Shown here piece after piece: positions 42,040 to 52,173 of a stretch of DNA of 64,000 nt. The translations under genes were made by a program, and so were the position numbers. Numbering within the stretch: position 1 is the stretch's first letter; each line of letters opens with the position of its first letter. Source of the DNA: Trypanosoma brucei (Eukaryota); the NCBI GenBank assembly GCA_000002445.1, contig CP000066.1:992001-1056000 (forward strand). The letters run 5' to 3'. The notes under the pieces are model-generated. The model did no database searches and was not told the origin of the DNA. It saw only the letters and a program-made list of their open reading frames with translations.

Positions 42040-42816
42040 ATGAAGCGGGCGGTTGCAGCTCAGAAGGCGGTTGGTGGCGCTGTGGCAAAGCGCTCAGTGG
42101 CAAACGCTAACGCCCCTCGCACTCGGTTGCCATTTCTTCGCAATGTCGCACAGAACGCACGGCGTTCACCCGACACTTATCGTACGGCAACACCCTTCAC
42201 GTCATATCCGCCGCATGTCAGCGGCCAGCAGCAGAAGAAACCGACAAGCCACGTGCTTTACAAGGATCCGCAGTGCATAATAGTGAATGATGCATATCCC
42301 AAATCGCGGTTGCATTGTCTTGTCATACCACTTGATCTTTCTCTTGACTCGCTTAGCGCCTTACGCCCCAATCACGTGCCATTGCTGCAGCACTTAATGG
42401 AAGTAGCGGAGCAATACGTGCAGTTTACACGCGAGGATGCGGCTTCAAATGAGGCAGGGATTCAGGCGCTTTCATTCATGACGGGATTTCATTCCCTCCC
42501 GTCGTTGCCGCAACTCCACATGCACCTTATCTCACGCGACCTCGACGGTCCCTGCATGAAGACCAAGAAACATTACAACAGCTTTGCCACACCGTTTTTC
42601 TTGCCAGCTGACCAGGTGGTGAATGACTTACGGAAGAATGGATGCGTGACCCTTAATCGAAATGTGGAGGAACTGAACCGGTTTGAACATGAGGAACCGC
42701 GATGCCTGTGGTGTGGGCTAAACCCTGGTGGTTTTCAGCAGCTGCGCGTCCACCTCCGCACCTGTAAGGGTAACCGTGCGTATGTAGCATCATCTACGGC
42801 TCCAGTGCAACAGTAG
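42040..42816 (+). CDS. aprataxin-like protein: HIT-superfamily nucleotide hydrolase domain plus a C-terminal C2H2-type zinc finger (DNA-repair deadenylase)
   Basis: CIIVNDAYPKSRLHCLVIP matches the aprataxin HIT N-block (YPKARYHWLVLP). The HIT histidine triad region is LPQLHMHLISRDLD (aprataxin HLHLHVISQDFD). The C-terminus CLWCG...LRVHLRTC is C2H2-like. Confidence 0.65.
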   Translation: MKRAVAAQKAVGGAVAKRSVANANAPRTRLPFLRNVAQNARRSPDTYRTATPFTSYPPHVSGQQQKKPTSHVLYKDPQCIIVNDAYPKSRLHCLVIPLDLSLDSLSALRPNHVPLLQHLMEVAEQYVQFTREDAASNEAGIQALSFMTGFHSLPSLPQLHMHLISRDLDGPCMKTKKHYNSFATPFFLPADQVVNDLRKNGCVTLNRNVEELNRFEHEEPRCLWCGLNPGGFQQLRVHLRTCKGNRAYVASSTAPVQQ

Positions 42817-43271
42817 GCAATGTTGTAAACACAGGGGTATGCGTGTATGTATGTACGTGCTTGTGTGTGCGCGTTTGGCGCCGTTTTACAATTTTCATTG
42901 GAACTCTGCTTTGGCTCTCCGCTGTTGCTTTAACTGTTGTTGCTGACTGCACGGTCCATACAACTATTACCTACTCGCCTGCATAGAGAGTTTAAATCCT
43001 TTCGCCTTTCCTATGTTTCCTTTGTTTTCTCCGTGTGGCTTGAGTGACGTTAGCCTTTAGGGGGCTGGATAACCGAGGTGGAGACAAACCCGCGTTTTCT
43101 TAAGCTTCCCCCCCCGCACGCGCGTGCCCATACGATATTTTACTCTTTTAAGCACTTAGCGTGTATACAAGTACGGACGGACGCACAATAATTCGAAAAA
43201 AATAAAGCTGCGGTTTCTGGTTGTTTAGCTACTATTTTGTCCGTCGCTGCCATTAGTGTTTACTTCTGCGT

Positions 43272-43634
43272 GTGATGCAGCCGCAGAGCTCCCTTTTCCG
43301 CGCGCGGGCCCAAGCGCATGGCGAGGCCCGTCCAAATGGTACTGGCGCACTGACTGAAAATGCCGTGGCGGAGAATGATCAGATTATGTCCGCATTGCTT
43401 AGTGACGTGAGGGCTGTAAAGAAAAACTTCACCTCCATGGGCGTCGAGGTGCGGCGACAGAATTCTTTTTTAGACTCACTTCAAGATACATTTGGACGTA
43501 CGCGCGCGCGCTTAAACCGTACGATGAGGTACTTGAACCTGCCGGAACTCACAAGTGCGAAACATATGTGGGTGCTTTTCGTGTTCGTGTTCGTCGTCCT
43601 TGTGCTGATATATATAATGCTGAAGTCCCGGTGA
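43272..43634 (+). CDS. Bet1/Sft1-like Qc-SNARE (tail-anchored)
   Basis: 120 aa. A heptad SNARE motif (IMSALLSDVRAVKKNFTSMGVEVRRQNSFLDSLQDTF) with a central Gln, followed by a C-terminal TM anchor WVLFVFVFVVLVLIYIML. Confidence 0.6.
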   Translation: MMQPQSSLFRARAQAHGEARPNGTGALTENAVAENDQIMSALLSDVRAVKKNFTSMGVEVRRQNSFLDSLQDTFGRTRARLNRTMRYLNLPELTSAKHMWVLFVFVFVVLVLIYIMLKSR

Positions 43635-45446
43635 GGCCGCTCCGCGTGTTGTTGACGGCAGTGGATGTTGTTGTGACTTTCCTTCCTTCCCTTCCACCTT
43701 AAAATTATTGCACTTGCCGTTGCGTCGTTTGCATTTCTACGCCTCACTGCCATTGCTTTGTATGTGTGCGTGCGTAGTGTCTCTTTGTCTCTTTCTTTCT
43801 GTTTCTCTTTGTTGTCGTTGTTGTTTGCGTGTCACCGTCATTTTTTCCCTTCTCCTCCCTTCATTTTTTTTTTGATGGCTGTAGACATTAATTTACTGAG
43901 GTACTCCGCCTTGTTATGATATGTTTGGGAGGATGGAGGGGGGCAGCATGTGGCTTACTCCGTTCAGTCAATCACTTTTCTTGGATATGTCTGATATAAA
44001 AATAAGTAAGTAAATATATATGTGTTTATTTGTAACTGTATTCGCTTGTGTTCGTGAATGCATCTGTTCTCCTCTTGCTTTGTTGTGTTATCTTCTGCTA
44101 TTTCTCTTTTCTTCTTTTTGTTTCTTTCTCCGTCCCCCTCTATCATACTTCTCGTAACGGATAATATTATTAACCTCCTGATTTTCGCTGTCTCTTTTTG
44201 GCAGACAAATCGAGCATAATTATTTTTTCTTTTTGTTTTACTTTTGGTGTATCCAATCCGAAAGCATCTACACTAGTATTTGCTACGCGTTTATCCTTTA
44301 CTATTTTACTTTTTCCCCCTAATTTATTGGGAGAACTGGCGCCACTGACGTGAGTTCTCCGCACCCCTTCACTTTAATTCAACTGCCACTTTATCGTTAT
44401 TTTCTTACTAATATTAGTTTTAATATCCTTCAACTGACTAGAAGTTTCTGGTGGTCTTTTTAAAGTTTTGACTAATCTTGTTTTATTTCGTGTTGTTTAA
44501 TTTTTTTTTGTTGCTTGCGCCACCGCTCGTTGGCAAACCCAATAGACAGTTATTGGAAGCTTTTATTTCTTACCAGAGGGGGGGGGGAAACAAAGAGAGA
44601 GCAGTGGTGTGGGAGTATAAAAATACGGAAAAAGTTAGGAAAAAATATTCTGAAGTAAGAAATTGAGGAAAGGAGGGAGAGGAGTAAAAATAAGAAAAAA
44701 AAGATTTTATTTTTGCTGTATTTTTGTTTTTAACAACCAAAAGGAAACGGAGGGTGAAACTAAAACCCCAAACAAAAAGGGCTAATATTTATAACTCTTT
44801 GCAGACTTCGGCTTTTCAGTCAGTTTACTCACAAGAAGAGCAAATACACGCGTGTGTGAAGGCTTTATAAGGCCCACTGGTGTGTCATCGTCAGCGATTG
44901 TCTTACTTAAGAAACACTTGACGTGTAGACATCGCAAGTAAAGTAGAAGGGGGAAAAAGTGGATTACGCCATTGACTTCCATCGTACTAATCAAAAGATT
45001 AAAGAATAAAAGAAAAGGAAACAATAGTAAAACAGAATAAGAACGAATACAGTGAACAAAGGGTGTGTGTGTTTGTGTGCGCCTGAGAACAATAGAGAGG
45101 CACAGCTGAAAGTTAGGCTACATAAAGTCATATCAAAATACGAAAAGAACGGAAAGCATAAAGTCACATAAACATAAAGCTAAGGAATAAGGGAGAGAAA
45201 AGCCAAAAAGAAAGAAAAAGGTTAATAGGCGCACAACCGTCATTTGACTGGTGCTGCAATCGCTTCAGAGGAGTTTCTAGAACAAGAATTAGTAGTGACG
45301 TGATATTTCTTACAGCGTAAAGGGAAATAAGGAAACAACAAAGGGGAAGAAGGCCGGGCAGGAGCCCAGCAGTTATTCGAACAAATAATAGGAAGGGTAC
45401 CACCAAATAAAAACAACCAACCAACCAGTTCCCTCCTAAAAAGGCC

Positions 45447-45530
45447 ACGCAACTCACTTTTTGTTTGTGCGTGGTGGCATAGTAAATACCTTTTTTTGTT
45501 TTATTTTAGTGCCTTGAGGCACGAGGAATT
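45447..45530 (+). promoter_or_regulatory. polypyrimidine tract upstream of the ABCA transporter gene
   Basis: The C/T-rich tract (ccaaccaaccagttccctcc...ctttttttgttttattttag) ends ~60 nt before the ATG at 45593. Confidence 0.45.
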
Positions 45531-45592
45531 TTACCAACAGGAGGATTTGCAGAAAACTGTACGTAACCCTGCTGAAGTTGCAGTGAAGAGAG

Positions 45593-48500
45593 GTGAGTAC
45601 TAAGGACGGAAGCAGGGAAATGGCATCGGCGTGGTGCATTCAGTTCAGGGCATTCCTGTGCAAGGTGCTCCTGCAACTCAAGTCAGCATTATTTACCACT
45701 ATTTTTATGTTGCTACTTCCAACCCTCGTAATGCTTGTGCTGGTTGCAGGATACCGCTCAACCGCCATCATTCACGTGCCGGAAATGCAATATGATGAGA
45801 ATCCTCTTATAAATTCTTCAAAGATTTTCGAGAACCACTTTTGCACGAATCGTGATGCCCCGTTTTCGTTTCGTAGGCGTTTGCCTGTTCCGATGTGCTA
45901 CCCACCGTCGGAAGAGTTTGAGTGCCTTCCTTCCGTGCGTGGAGGTTCATTGTGTGTTCTCGATGCCACGTTGGCACGTGAGGCACTCGCGCAGCTGTTT
46001 GTAGCGGCTGGCCCCGTTGTTATTCCAACACTCGATGCCTATTTGGGACTGTCAGCGTTTGTGACACATGAGTTACGGCGCGAGAACCCGAGTCTGTTCG
46101 CCCGCTCCGCAAAAGAGGGCATGGGCCACTACGGTAAACTATTACTTGTGGATACGAAATCTGCCAATCATGGTGCTGCAGCGCGTTTCAGGACATTTTG
46201 TTCCAATGTAAGCGTTCTTTGCAATGAGGTGTTAGGCGATTTGCCCATTTTTGCATCTATGGCCGATGCCCGCCGGTATGCCATGGAGAACGATGGGGAG
46301 GTATGGGCTATTGCGGATATCACTGACGACCACCGGGGCGTTGGAAATTTCGTGGGGCGCGGGAATCACTTCACTATTAGCATGAATTACTCCGCAACCC
46401 CGTGGACGACGGAGGCGGCCATACCAACAACCAAAGCGATGGAGGAAGGTAACAATCTGCTGTACATCACTAGCGGGTTTCTTACTTTGCAGAACGCCAT
46501 CCAACAATTTTATGTGCGGGAACGTTTGGGGGGTAGGCTTAATTCCTCCGCGATTTTTCAGTACACTAATCTGTATGGACCTACGACTGTGGCAATGCCG
46601 TCTCCACCGCAATTCAAAAGCACATTTTATAAGTGGGGACATTACATGCCCTTGCTCGCAATTATCGCTGCTCTTTTATCCGGCATGGTGTTTGCGCGTT
46701 TAATTGTGAATGAGAAAGCTCGAATGATTCGGGGGTGTATGGAAGTAATGGGACTTCGGTGGTCCGCTATGGCATTGGGGTGGCTCATCATTGCGTTCTT
46801 GATGGACTTCATTGCTGTATGTGTGCCCGTCTTATTGGTAGGGTTCACCTTTTTCCACTACGTGAACTTGGCAGTACTGTTCGTATTATACTGGAGTTTC
46901 TTGTGCCAAATAAGAGCGTTGTGCCTCTTCTTGAGTACCTTTTTCACGAAGCCACGGTACGTGAAATTGGCTATATGTGTTGTTACAGTGTGTTGCATCA
47001 TGTCGTACTATCGCACACCGGAAAGTTACCATGCACCAAAGGTGAAGTTCATGAGTCTACTCCCTTGTGTCGGCTACCTTGCGTCATTTGACCAGCTGAT
47101 CCAGCATGCGAGCACGAGCCAAAAGTTCCATTGGAGGGATACCGTTGAAGGGTGCAACTCTGTGGCACTTCTTGTTGGTATGACATGGGTTTCCACGTTC
47201 ATTATGTTGGTACTGTGGAGTTACTTGGACCAAGTGCTTCCTACTTCATCGTGCTGTCGTAAACACCCGCTTTTTTTCCTTCAGGCGTTTCGTCGCTTTC
47301 TGTGCCACCCTCGGGACGAAAACACAGATGTTATTTCCTTTCCATGGAGGGAACTGGGAAAGGATGAGATACCGCCGTCCATGAAGTCTGTGCTGGATCA
47401 GCATCCAGAGTGCCGGGATACAGAGAATCAGACGATAGCTGCGGTACTTTATGGGCTGTGTAAGCAGAAGAAAAGGCAGAACTGGTTCTGTTGGAAGCGC
47501 GGCTCTAGTGCAGGCATCTCATTCGGAACCAGCGGTAGTGCGGCTGTAGATGACGTTTCGTGCGCGCTCGAGTTCGGAAAGGTGAATATGCTTATTGGAC
47601 CCAGCGGGTGCGGCAAGTCCACGCTCATAGGCATGGCTGTTGGTGCTGTGAGGCCCGATGCTGGTGCCGTCTACATTTGTGGCCACTCTACAGTAACTGA
47701 GCCCGAGAAGTGCCGCAGGAACATTGGATACTGCCCACAATCAGACGTTTTGTGGGAGGATCTTACTGTGGAGCAGCACCTTACCTTCTATGCTCGACTA
47801 AAGTGTGGCGGTGTTTGGGATGTGCGAGAGATTGTGAATGACATTATTGACACCCTAAATTTGGAGGCACAGTGGCTTACAAAGGCGCGGAATCTATCGA
47901 GGGGTCAGCGCCGTCGCTTATGCGTCGGTATTGCATTGATTGGTGACCCTGCCGTGCTATTTCTTGATGATCCAACGGCAGGGATGGACGTTAAGGGGCG
48001 AAGGGCGGTGTGTGAGGCGCTGAGCAAGGGGCGTGAAGGGCGTGCCGTGCTGATAGCCACCCACGAAATTGATGACGCGGAACGTATCGGGGATTACATC
48101 CACGTCATGCAGGGTTGTACTGTACGTGACTCGGGCTCGCCGCTCGTTTTAAAATCAAAGGCAAGTGCTGGGTACGTTTTAAAATGTGTCGTTAGCCCTG
48201 GCCTGACGATTGAAGAGGAGGATGACTGCATCAACCGACTTGTAGATTTCGTACGGGCTATTGCCCCTGGCGATTACGGCAGTCGTCCCGCGCGGGAGAG
48301 TCACGGTACGGTTTGTGGTGTTGGGCTCCTTGGTGTAGAGCGGCGGGGGCGTCAGGTTTCATTCCGCTTTCCGCTCGCCCTGCTCTCGTCTGAAGGCGTC
48401 TCCGTTGTTGGCGAAATAGAGGCTCGTCGCAGCGAGTTCCACCTGCAAAGTATTGGACTGAGCATCGCAACGCTACAGGATGTTTTGGATTACCTGACGG

Positions 48501-51157
48501 TTCAGCATCAACCAACGGCCGGTGCAAATGGAGACAGTGGGCTGTGTGGACTGTCGTTGGATGAAACGAATACGCCGCGCCGCGCTGGTGGCAATGGTTC
48601 CACTGTTTCCGTGGAATTTACCCCGTCTGGGACGATTCGAGACGATGAAAAGTTCTCTGCTACTTCCGGCCTCGGTCGAGCGGACACGAATGCCACACGA
48701 GACGGGGGGCTTCAGTGGACGTTCTTCTCGCATTTCGCTGCTCTTTTTGTGAAGCGGCTACATTCGGCGAAGTGGGATGCACAGCTCATGTTTTACTACA
48801 TTGTGATGCCTCTCGCATTCGCTCTTCTTTCGCTTCCCGTTGGTAAGGTTAAGCCAACTGTTCAGCCAGCGTTAACACTCGACTCTTCAATGTACCGCGC
48901 CGGCCAGAAGTCTCCCAACTCTACTCTTGTTTGGACTTACTCCAGTGTTCTTGATGACGCGTTTGGTGTTGCAAAATCTGATCTGCGTAATGTTTTCGGG
49001 CCCTATTATACGCCGGTGATGGTTGAATGTCACAGAGCGGGTTGTACCGAAGCCTTGTCTGACGTTCTTTATCAGTACTTGAATGGTAACAACTCTCATG
49101 CCGATGTTGCTATCGCACTTACCGGTGCGATGTATGGGGTTGCCACTTCTGTAACGATGCACAACCTCTCTTCACCCCATGCAGCGGCCCAGTCCCTCAA
49201 CATGCTGTACGATGTGGTGAACAATCAGCTATTTGGCGAAGGATCTTTTGTGACAGCACGTAATGAACCAATGCCAATGGGCCCGCACGAGGAGGAAATG
49301 TTTGCCGCGTTCCACCGCATTATTGCTGCTCTCTTTGTTATATTGGCCTTTATTCTCATTCCGGCTAACGTCGTTGGTCGTATTGTGAAGGAGGTGCAGT
49401 GTGGCGCGTATCATCTCCAATGTTTGGCTGGTGCTAATGCATTCTCCTTCTGGCTTAGTGCCATGCTCTTCGATTTCTTATGCTACGTTGTGGCTGAGAT
49501 TCTCGTGTTGATCGTGTTGTTTGCGTCTGGGTGCGATGAACTCGTTGGCGATGGCCATACAATTCTTGCCGCACTAGCTCTTTTTACGATGTTCGGCCTT
49601 TGCCACATTCCGTTCTCCTACGTTCTGAGCTTTCTGTTCAAATCCTCACGAAGAGCGCAAAGCACCGTTCTTGTTGGGAGCCTCGTGCTTGGAATTATGT
49701 GGATTCTGATTGAGCCTTTGGCCGTTAAAAACAACCGTGTGGCAGGCATTGTTATGGGCGTGACAAGTTTTCTGCGCGTCACACCGTGCCTTGCTTTCAG
49801 TGAGGCCCTCATGGCTATGGTGTGTACGAGGTTGGCGAATATACGAAAGCCGCTGAGGGAGCGACCAAGTCTCTTCAGCCCGCTAGGTTACAGTAGGGGT
49901 GGTTTAACCGGTGGTACCGGAACGGGTCTCCTGTACATGGTAGGTACCTTTTTCGTTTGCCTGTTGTTATTTGCCCTACTAGAGCTGCTGAGGCGTCGGG
50001 GAGCGGTGTGTTGCCTCGGACCGTGCTCGGAAGGGGATGGTGATGGGAAGCTAAACGCTGCTGCGCATCGAGGCAACCGTAAGAGAATGAAGAGACGGGG
50101 AAAAGGCACCCCCGAAGATTGGTGCGCCAACGAAGAGATGACCTCTTACCGTAATGGGGAGTTGGAGGAGGGGCGGGGTGCCGCGGCAGTGGGCCTCTCA
50201 CTTCAACACGTCACCAAGAGATACGCGGGAGTCTCCACTTTGGCCCTTCGAGACATTTCAATATCTGTGTACAAGGGGGAGACGCTGACGGTTTTGGGTC
50301 TTAATGATTCCGGTAAGTCAACAATTCTTTCTATCCTTGCAGGCAGGGTACCACCAACAACTGGGTTTGCTGGCGTCGGTGAAACCATCGTACGTCCCAA
50401 CGCCGCCCAAAGTAAGGTTGGTTACTGCCCACAAAAAGATGCGCTGATGGACAACTTAACACCATATGATCATCTTCTCTTGTTCTCTAGGCTGCGTGGT
50501 AGCACTGAGGAGCAAATCCACAGTGAGGTACCGCGGCTTCTTTGCGTGTTGGGTTTGGAGGACGTGAAGAACTGCCTCGTGCGCACACTAACTCCGGCTC
50601 AGAAGAGGCGGTTGTCGCTCGCTGTAGCCTTCGTCGGTGGGACCACGTATCTTCTGCTGGATGAGCCAACCGCCGATATGGACTTCATGTCACGAAGGCA
50701 AGTTTTCGCTGCTGTACAGGGATTAGGCAGGGCAAAGTCCGTCATTCTTGCGTCACGCCACCTGGAGGAGATGGAGGTGCTTGTGGATCGTGCCGCTTTT
50801 ATTGAGTACGGACGCTTGCGATACATTGGCACTCCTCAGGAATTGATGTCGCACTTTACCTGCGACGTCATGTACACTGTGAGGGTGGCGTTTGGCAACA
50901 CTGTCGCCCCACAGCTGGACCCGCTGGGGGAAACCGTGCGAAACCTTTGTAAGTGCTTTGACAAGGCGCAGGGTTCGCGGGGTTGTCGCATAAAGAGTGT
51001 TGTTGGTCGCACCGTTACGCTGGCGGTGACCTGCGATCTCTTGTTTGTGTGCCAGCAAAGTGCCGCGATTAGTGAAGGGGCAATCCCCGGTCTATCGCCA
51101 GTGGTACAGGTGAGCGCCACACAACCGCAGTTGGACGACATCTTGTTGGATTTTTAA
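45593..51157 (+). CDS. ABC transporter, ABCA subfamily (full transporter: TMD1-NBD1-TMD2-NBD2, with a large loop after TM1)
   Basis: Two Walker A motifs (GPSGCGKST, GLNDSGKST), two ABC signatures (LSRGQRRRL, LTPAQKRRL) and two multi-helix hydrophobic domains. 1854 aa, with the long extracytosolic loop after the first TM typical of ABCA. Confidence 0.9.
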   Translation: MSTKDGSREMASAWCIQFRAFLCKVLLQLKSALFTTIFMLLLPTLVMLVLVAGYRSTAIIHVPEMQYDENPLINSSKIFENHFCTNRDAPFSFRRRLPVPMCYPPSEEFECLPSVRGGSLCVLDATLAREALAQLFVAAGPVVIPTLDAYLGLSAFVTHELRRENPSLFARSAKEGMGHYGKLLLVDTKSANHGAAARFRTFCSNVSVLCNEVLGDLPIFASMADARRYAMENDGEVWAIADITDDHRGVGNFVGRGNHFTISMNYSATPWTTEAAIPTTKAMEEGNNLLYITSGFLTLQNAIQQFYVRERLGGRLNSSAIFQYTNLYGPTTVAMPSPPQFKSTFYKWGHYMPLLAIIAALLSGMVFARLIVNEKARMIRGCMEVMGLRWSAMALGWLIIAFLMDFIAVCVPVLLVGFTFFHYVNLAVLFVLYWSFLCQIRALCLFLSTFFTKPRYVKLAICVVTVCCIMSYYRTPESYHAPKVKFMSLLPCVGYLASFDQLIQHASTSQKFHWRDTVEGCNSVALLVGMTWVSTFIMLVLWSYLDQVLPTSSCCRKHPLFFLQAFRRFLCHPRDENTDVISFPWRELGKDEIPPSMKSVLDQHPECRDTENQTIAAVLYGLCKQKKRQNWFCWKRGSSAGISFGTSGSAAVDDVSCALEFGKVNMLIGPSGCGKSTLIGMAVGAVRPDAGAVYICGHSTVTEPEKCRRNIGYCPQSDVLWEDLTVEQHLTFYARLKCGGVWDVREIVNDIIDTLNLEAQWLTKARNLSRGQRRRLCVGIALIGDPAVLFLDDPTAGMDVKGRRAVCEALSKGREGRAVLIATHEIDDAERIGDYIHVMQGCTVRDSGSPLVLKSKASAGYVLKCVVSPGLTIEEEDDCINRLVDFVRAIAPGDYGSRPARESHGTVCGVGLLGVERRGRQVSFRFPLALLSSEGVSVVGEIEARRSEFHLQSIGLSIATLQDVLDYLTVQHQPTAGANGDSGLCGLSLDETNTPRRAGGNGSTVSVEFTPSGTIRDDEKFSATSGLGRADTNATRDGGLQWTFFSHFAALFVKRLHSAKWDAQLMFYYIVMPLAFALLSLPVGKVKPTVQPALTLDSSMYRAGQKSPNSTLVWTYSSVLDDAFGVAKSDLRNVFGPYYTPVMVECHRAGCTEALSDVLYQYLNGNNSHADVAIALTGAMYGVATSVTMHNLSSPHAAAQSLNMLYDVVNNQLFGEGSFVTARNEPMPMGPHEEEMFAAFHRIIAALFVILAFILIPANVVGRIVKEVQCGAYHLQCLAGANAFSFWLSAMLFDFLCYVVAEILVLIVLFASGCDELVGDGHTILAALALFTMFGLCHIPFSYVLSFLFKSSRRAQSTVLVGSLVLGIMWILIEPLAVKNNRVAGIVMGVTSFLRVTPCLAFSEALMAMVCTRLANIRKPLRERPSLFSPLGYSRGGLTGGTGTGLLYMVGTFFVCLLLFALLELLRRRGAVCCLGPCSEGDGDGKLNAAAHRGNRKRMKRRGKGTPEDWCANEEMTSYRNGELEEGRGAAAVGLSLQHVTKRYAGVSTLALRDISISVYKGETLTVLGLNDSGKSTILSILAGRVPPTTGFAGVGETIVRPNAAQSKVGYCPQKDALMDNLTPYDHLLLFSRLRGSTEEQIHSEVPRLLCVLGLEDVKNCLVRTLTPAQKRRLSLAVAFVGGTTYLLLDEPTADMDFMSRRQVFAAVQGLGRAKSVILASRHLEEMEVLVDRAAFIEYGRLRYIGTPQELMSHFTCDVMYTVRVAFGNTVAPQLDPLGETVRNLCKCFDKAQGSRGCRIKSVVGRTVTLAVTCDLLFVCQQSAAISEGAIPGLSPVVQVSATQPQLDDILLDF

Positions 51158-52173
51158 CATAATTATGGACTGGTGTCCGTGAGAAAGGTGTAGGTTGTGC
51201 CGTTTCCCGTGTTTGCGTCTGGCGGAAGAGAGTGCTTGCGTGTTCCTTTTTGTTACTCACACACACCTCGTTCCCCCTTTTCATTCGAAGTGTGAGGTTG
51301 AATATGTGAAGAGGGAGGTGAAAAGGAGCAAGAAGGACAATTGTCTAACTGGCGCAAATTCAGGTAGACATCTCAGGAGTGAACAAATATGGGGTTCAAA
51401 GGCGCGCGCGCTGGGGGAGGGGAGGGAGCGGTTCCCACTTCCTAACACAATGAGACCAACGTACTTTTCTTACTTTATTATTATTAATTTATTTTCTTAG
51501 TCTTACGTAAGTCAAGGGCATCCAGTGGTTGTGCTGTATTTGTTGACTGCGCGAGTGTTTGAGTGGATGGAAGAGAGGAAAGAGGTGCTGGTTCGCTAAT
51601 GAAGAGTTAGTGGAAGGGAAATATTGTAACATCGCGTTTTCATCTTGTTGTACACCTATTGGAGGAGATGCGAGTAAGCTTGTGGTAATATTTAAAAGAA
51701 AGTTATTCCAAGGAAGTTAAGTTATAAATTTATTTATTCGTGTATGTAGTTTCCTTTTCTATTTCCCTTATTCCTTTTAGCAGATCGAAGGAGTGCATAC
51801 TGCAGTAGCACAGCATATAGAATTTTCTTCTCTGCCATTGTCTAATACTGCTATTTTTTTTTCTTTTGTTGGCTCATCTATTTTTAAATATTTTCCGTTA
51901 GTCCCCTTTCTTACTGCTGGTTAGTAGAGCTTTTGGGAGGTAGGTGTCCGGAGACATCTTCCACTCTTTCTTTCCTTTTCATTTTCCTTTGCTTCGCTCT
52001 CCACCATTTGTTTTCGCTTTCTTTTTCTTCACGTCCTTTCTTAGTTGTCTCATCAAACATCTGGTTGACAAGGTCTCGCCATAGCTGCAGTGAGGCGGTG
52101 AAGGACACAACAAAGGCAGTAGCAAAGGGCTGCGCCTCTCAACCTTCGCACAGCGCTCTCGGTTCTACAGAAC

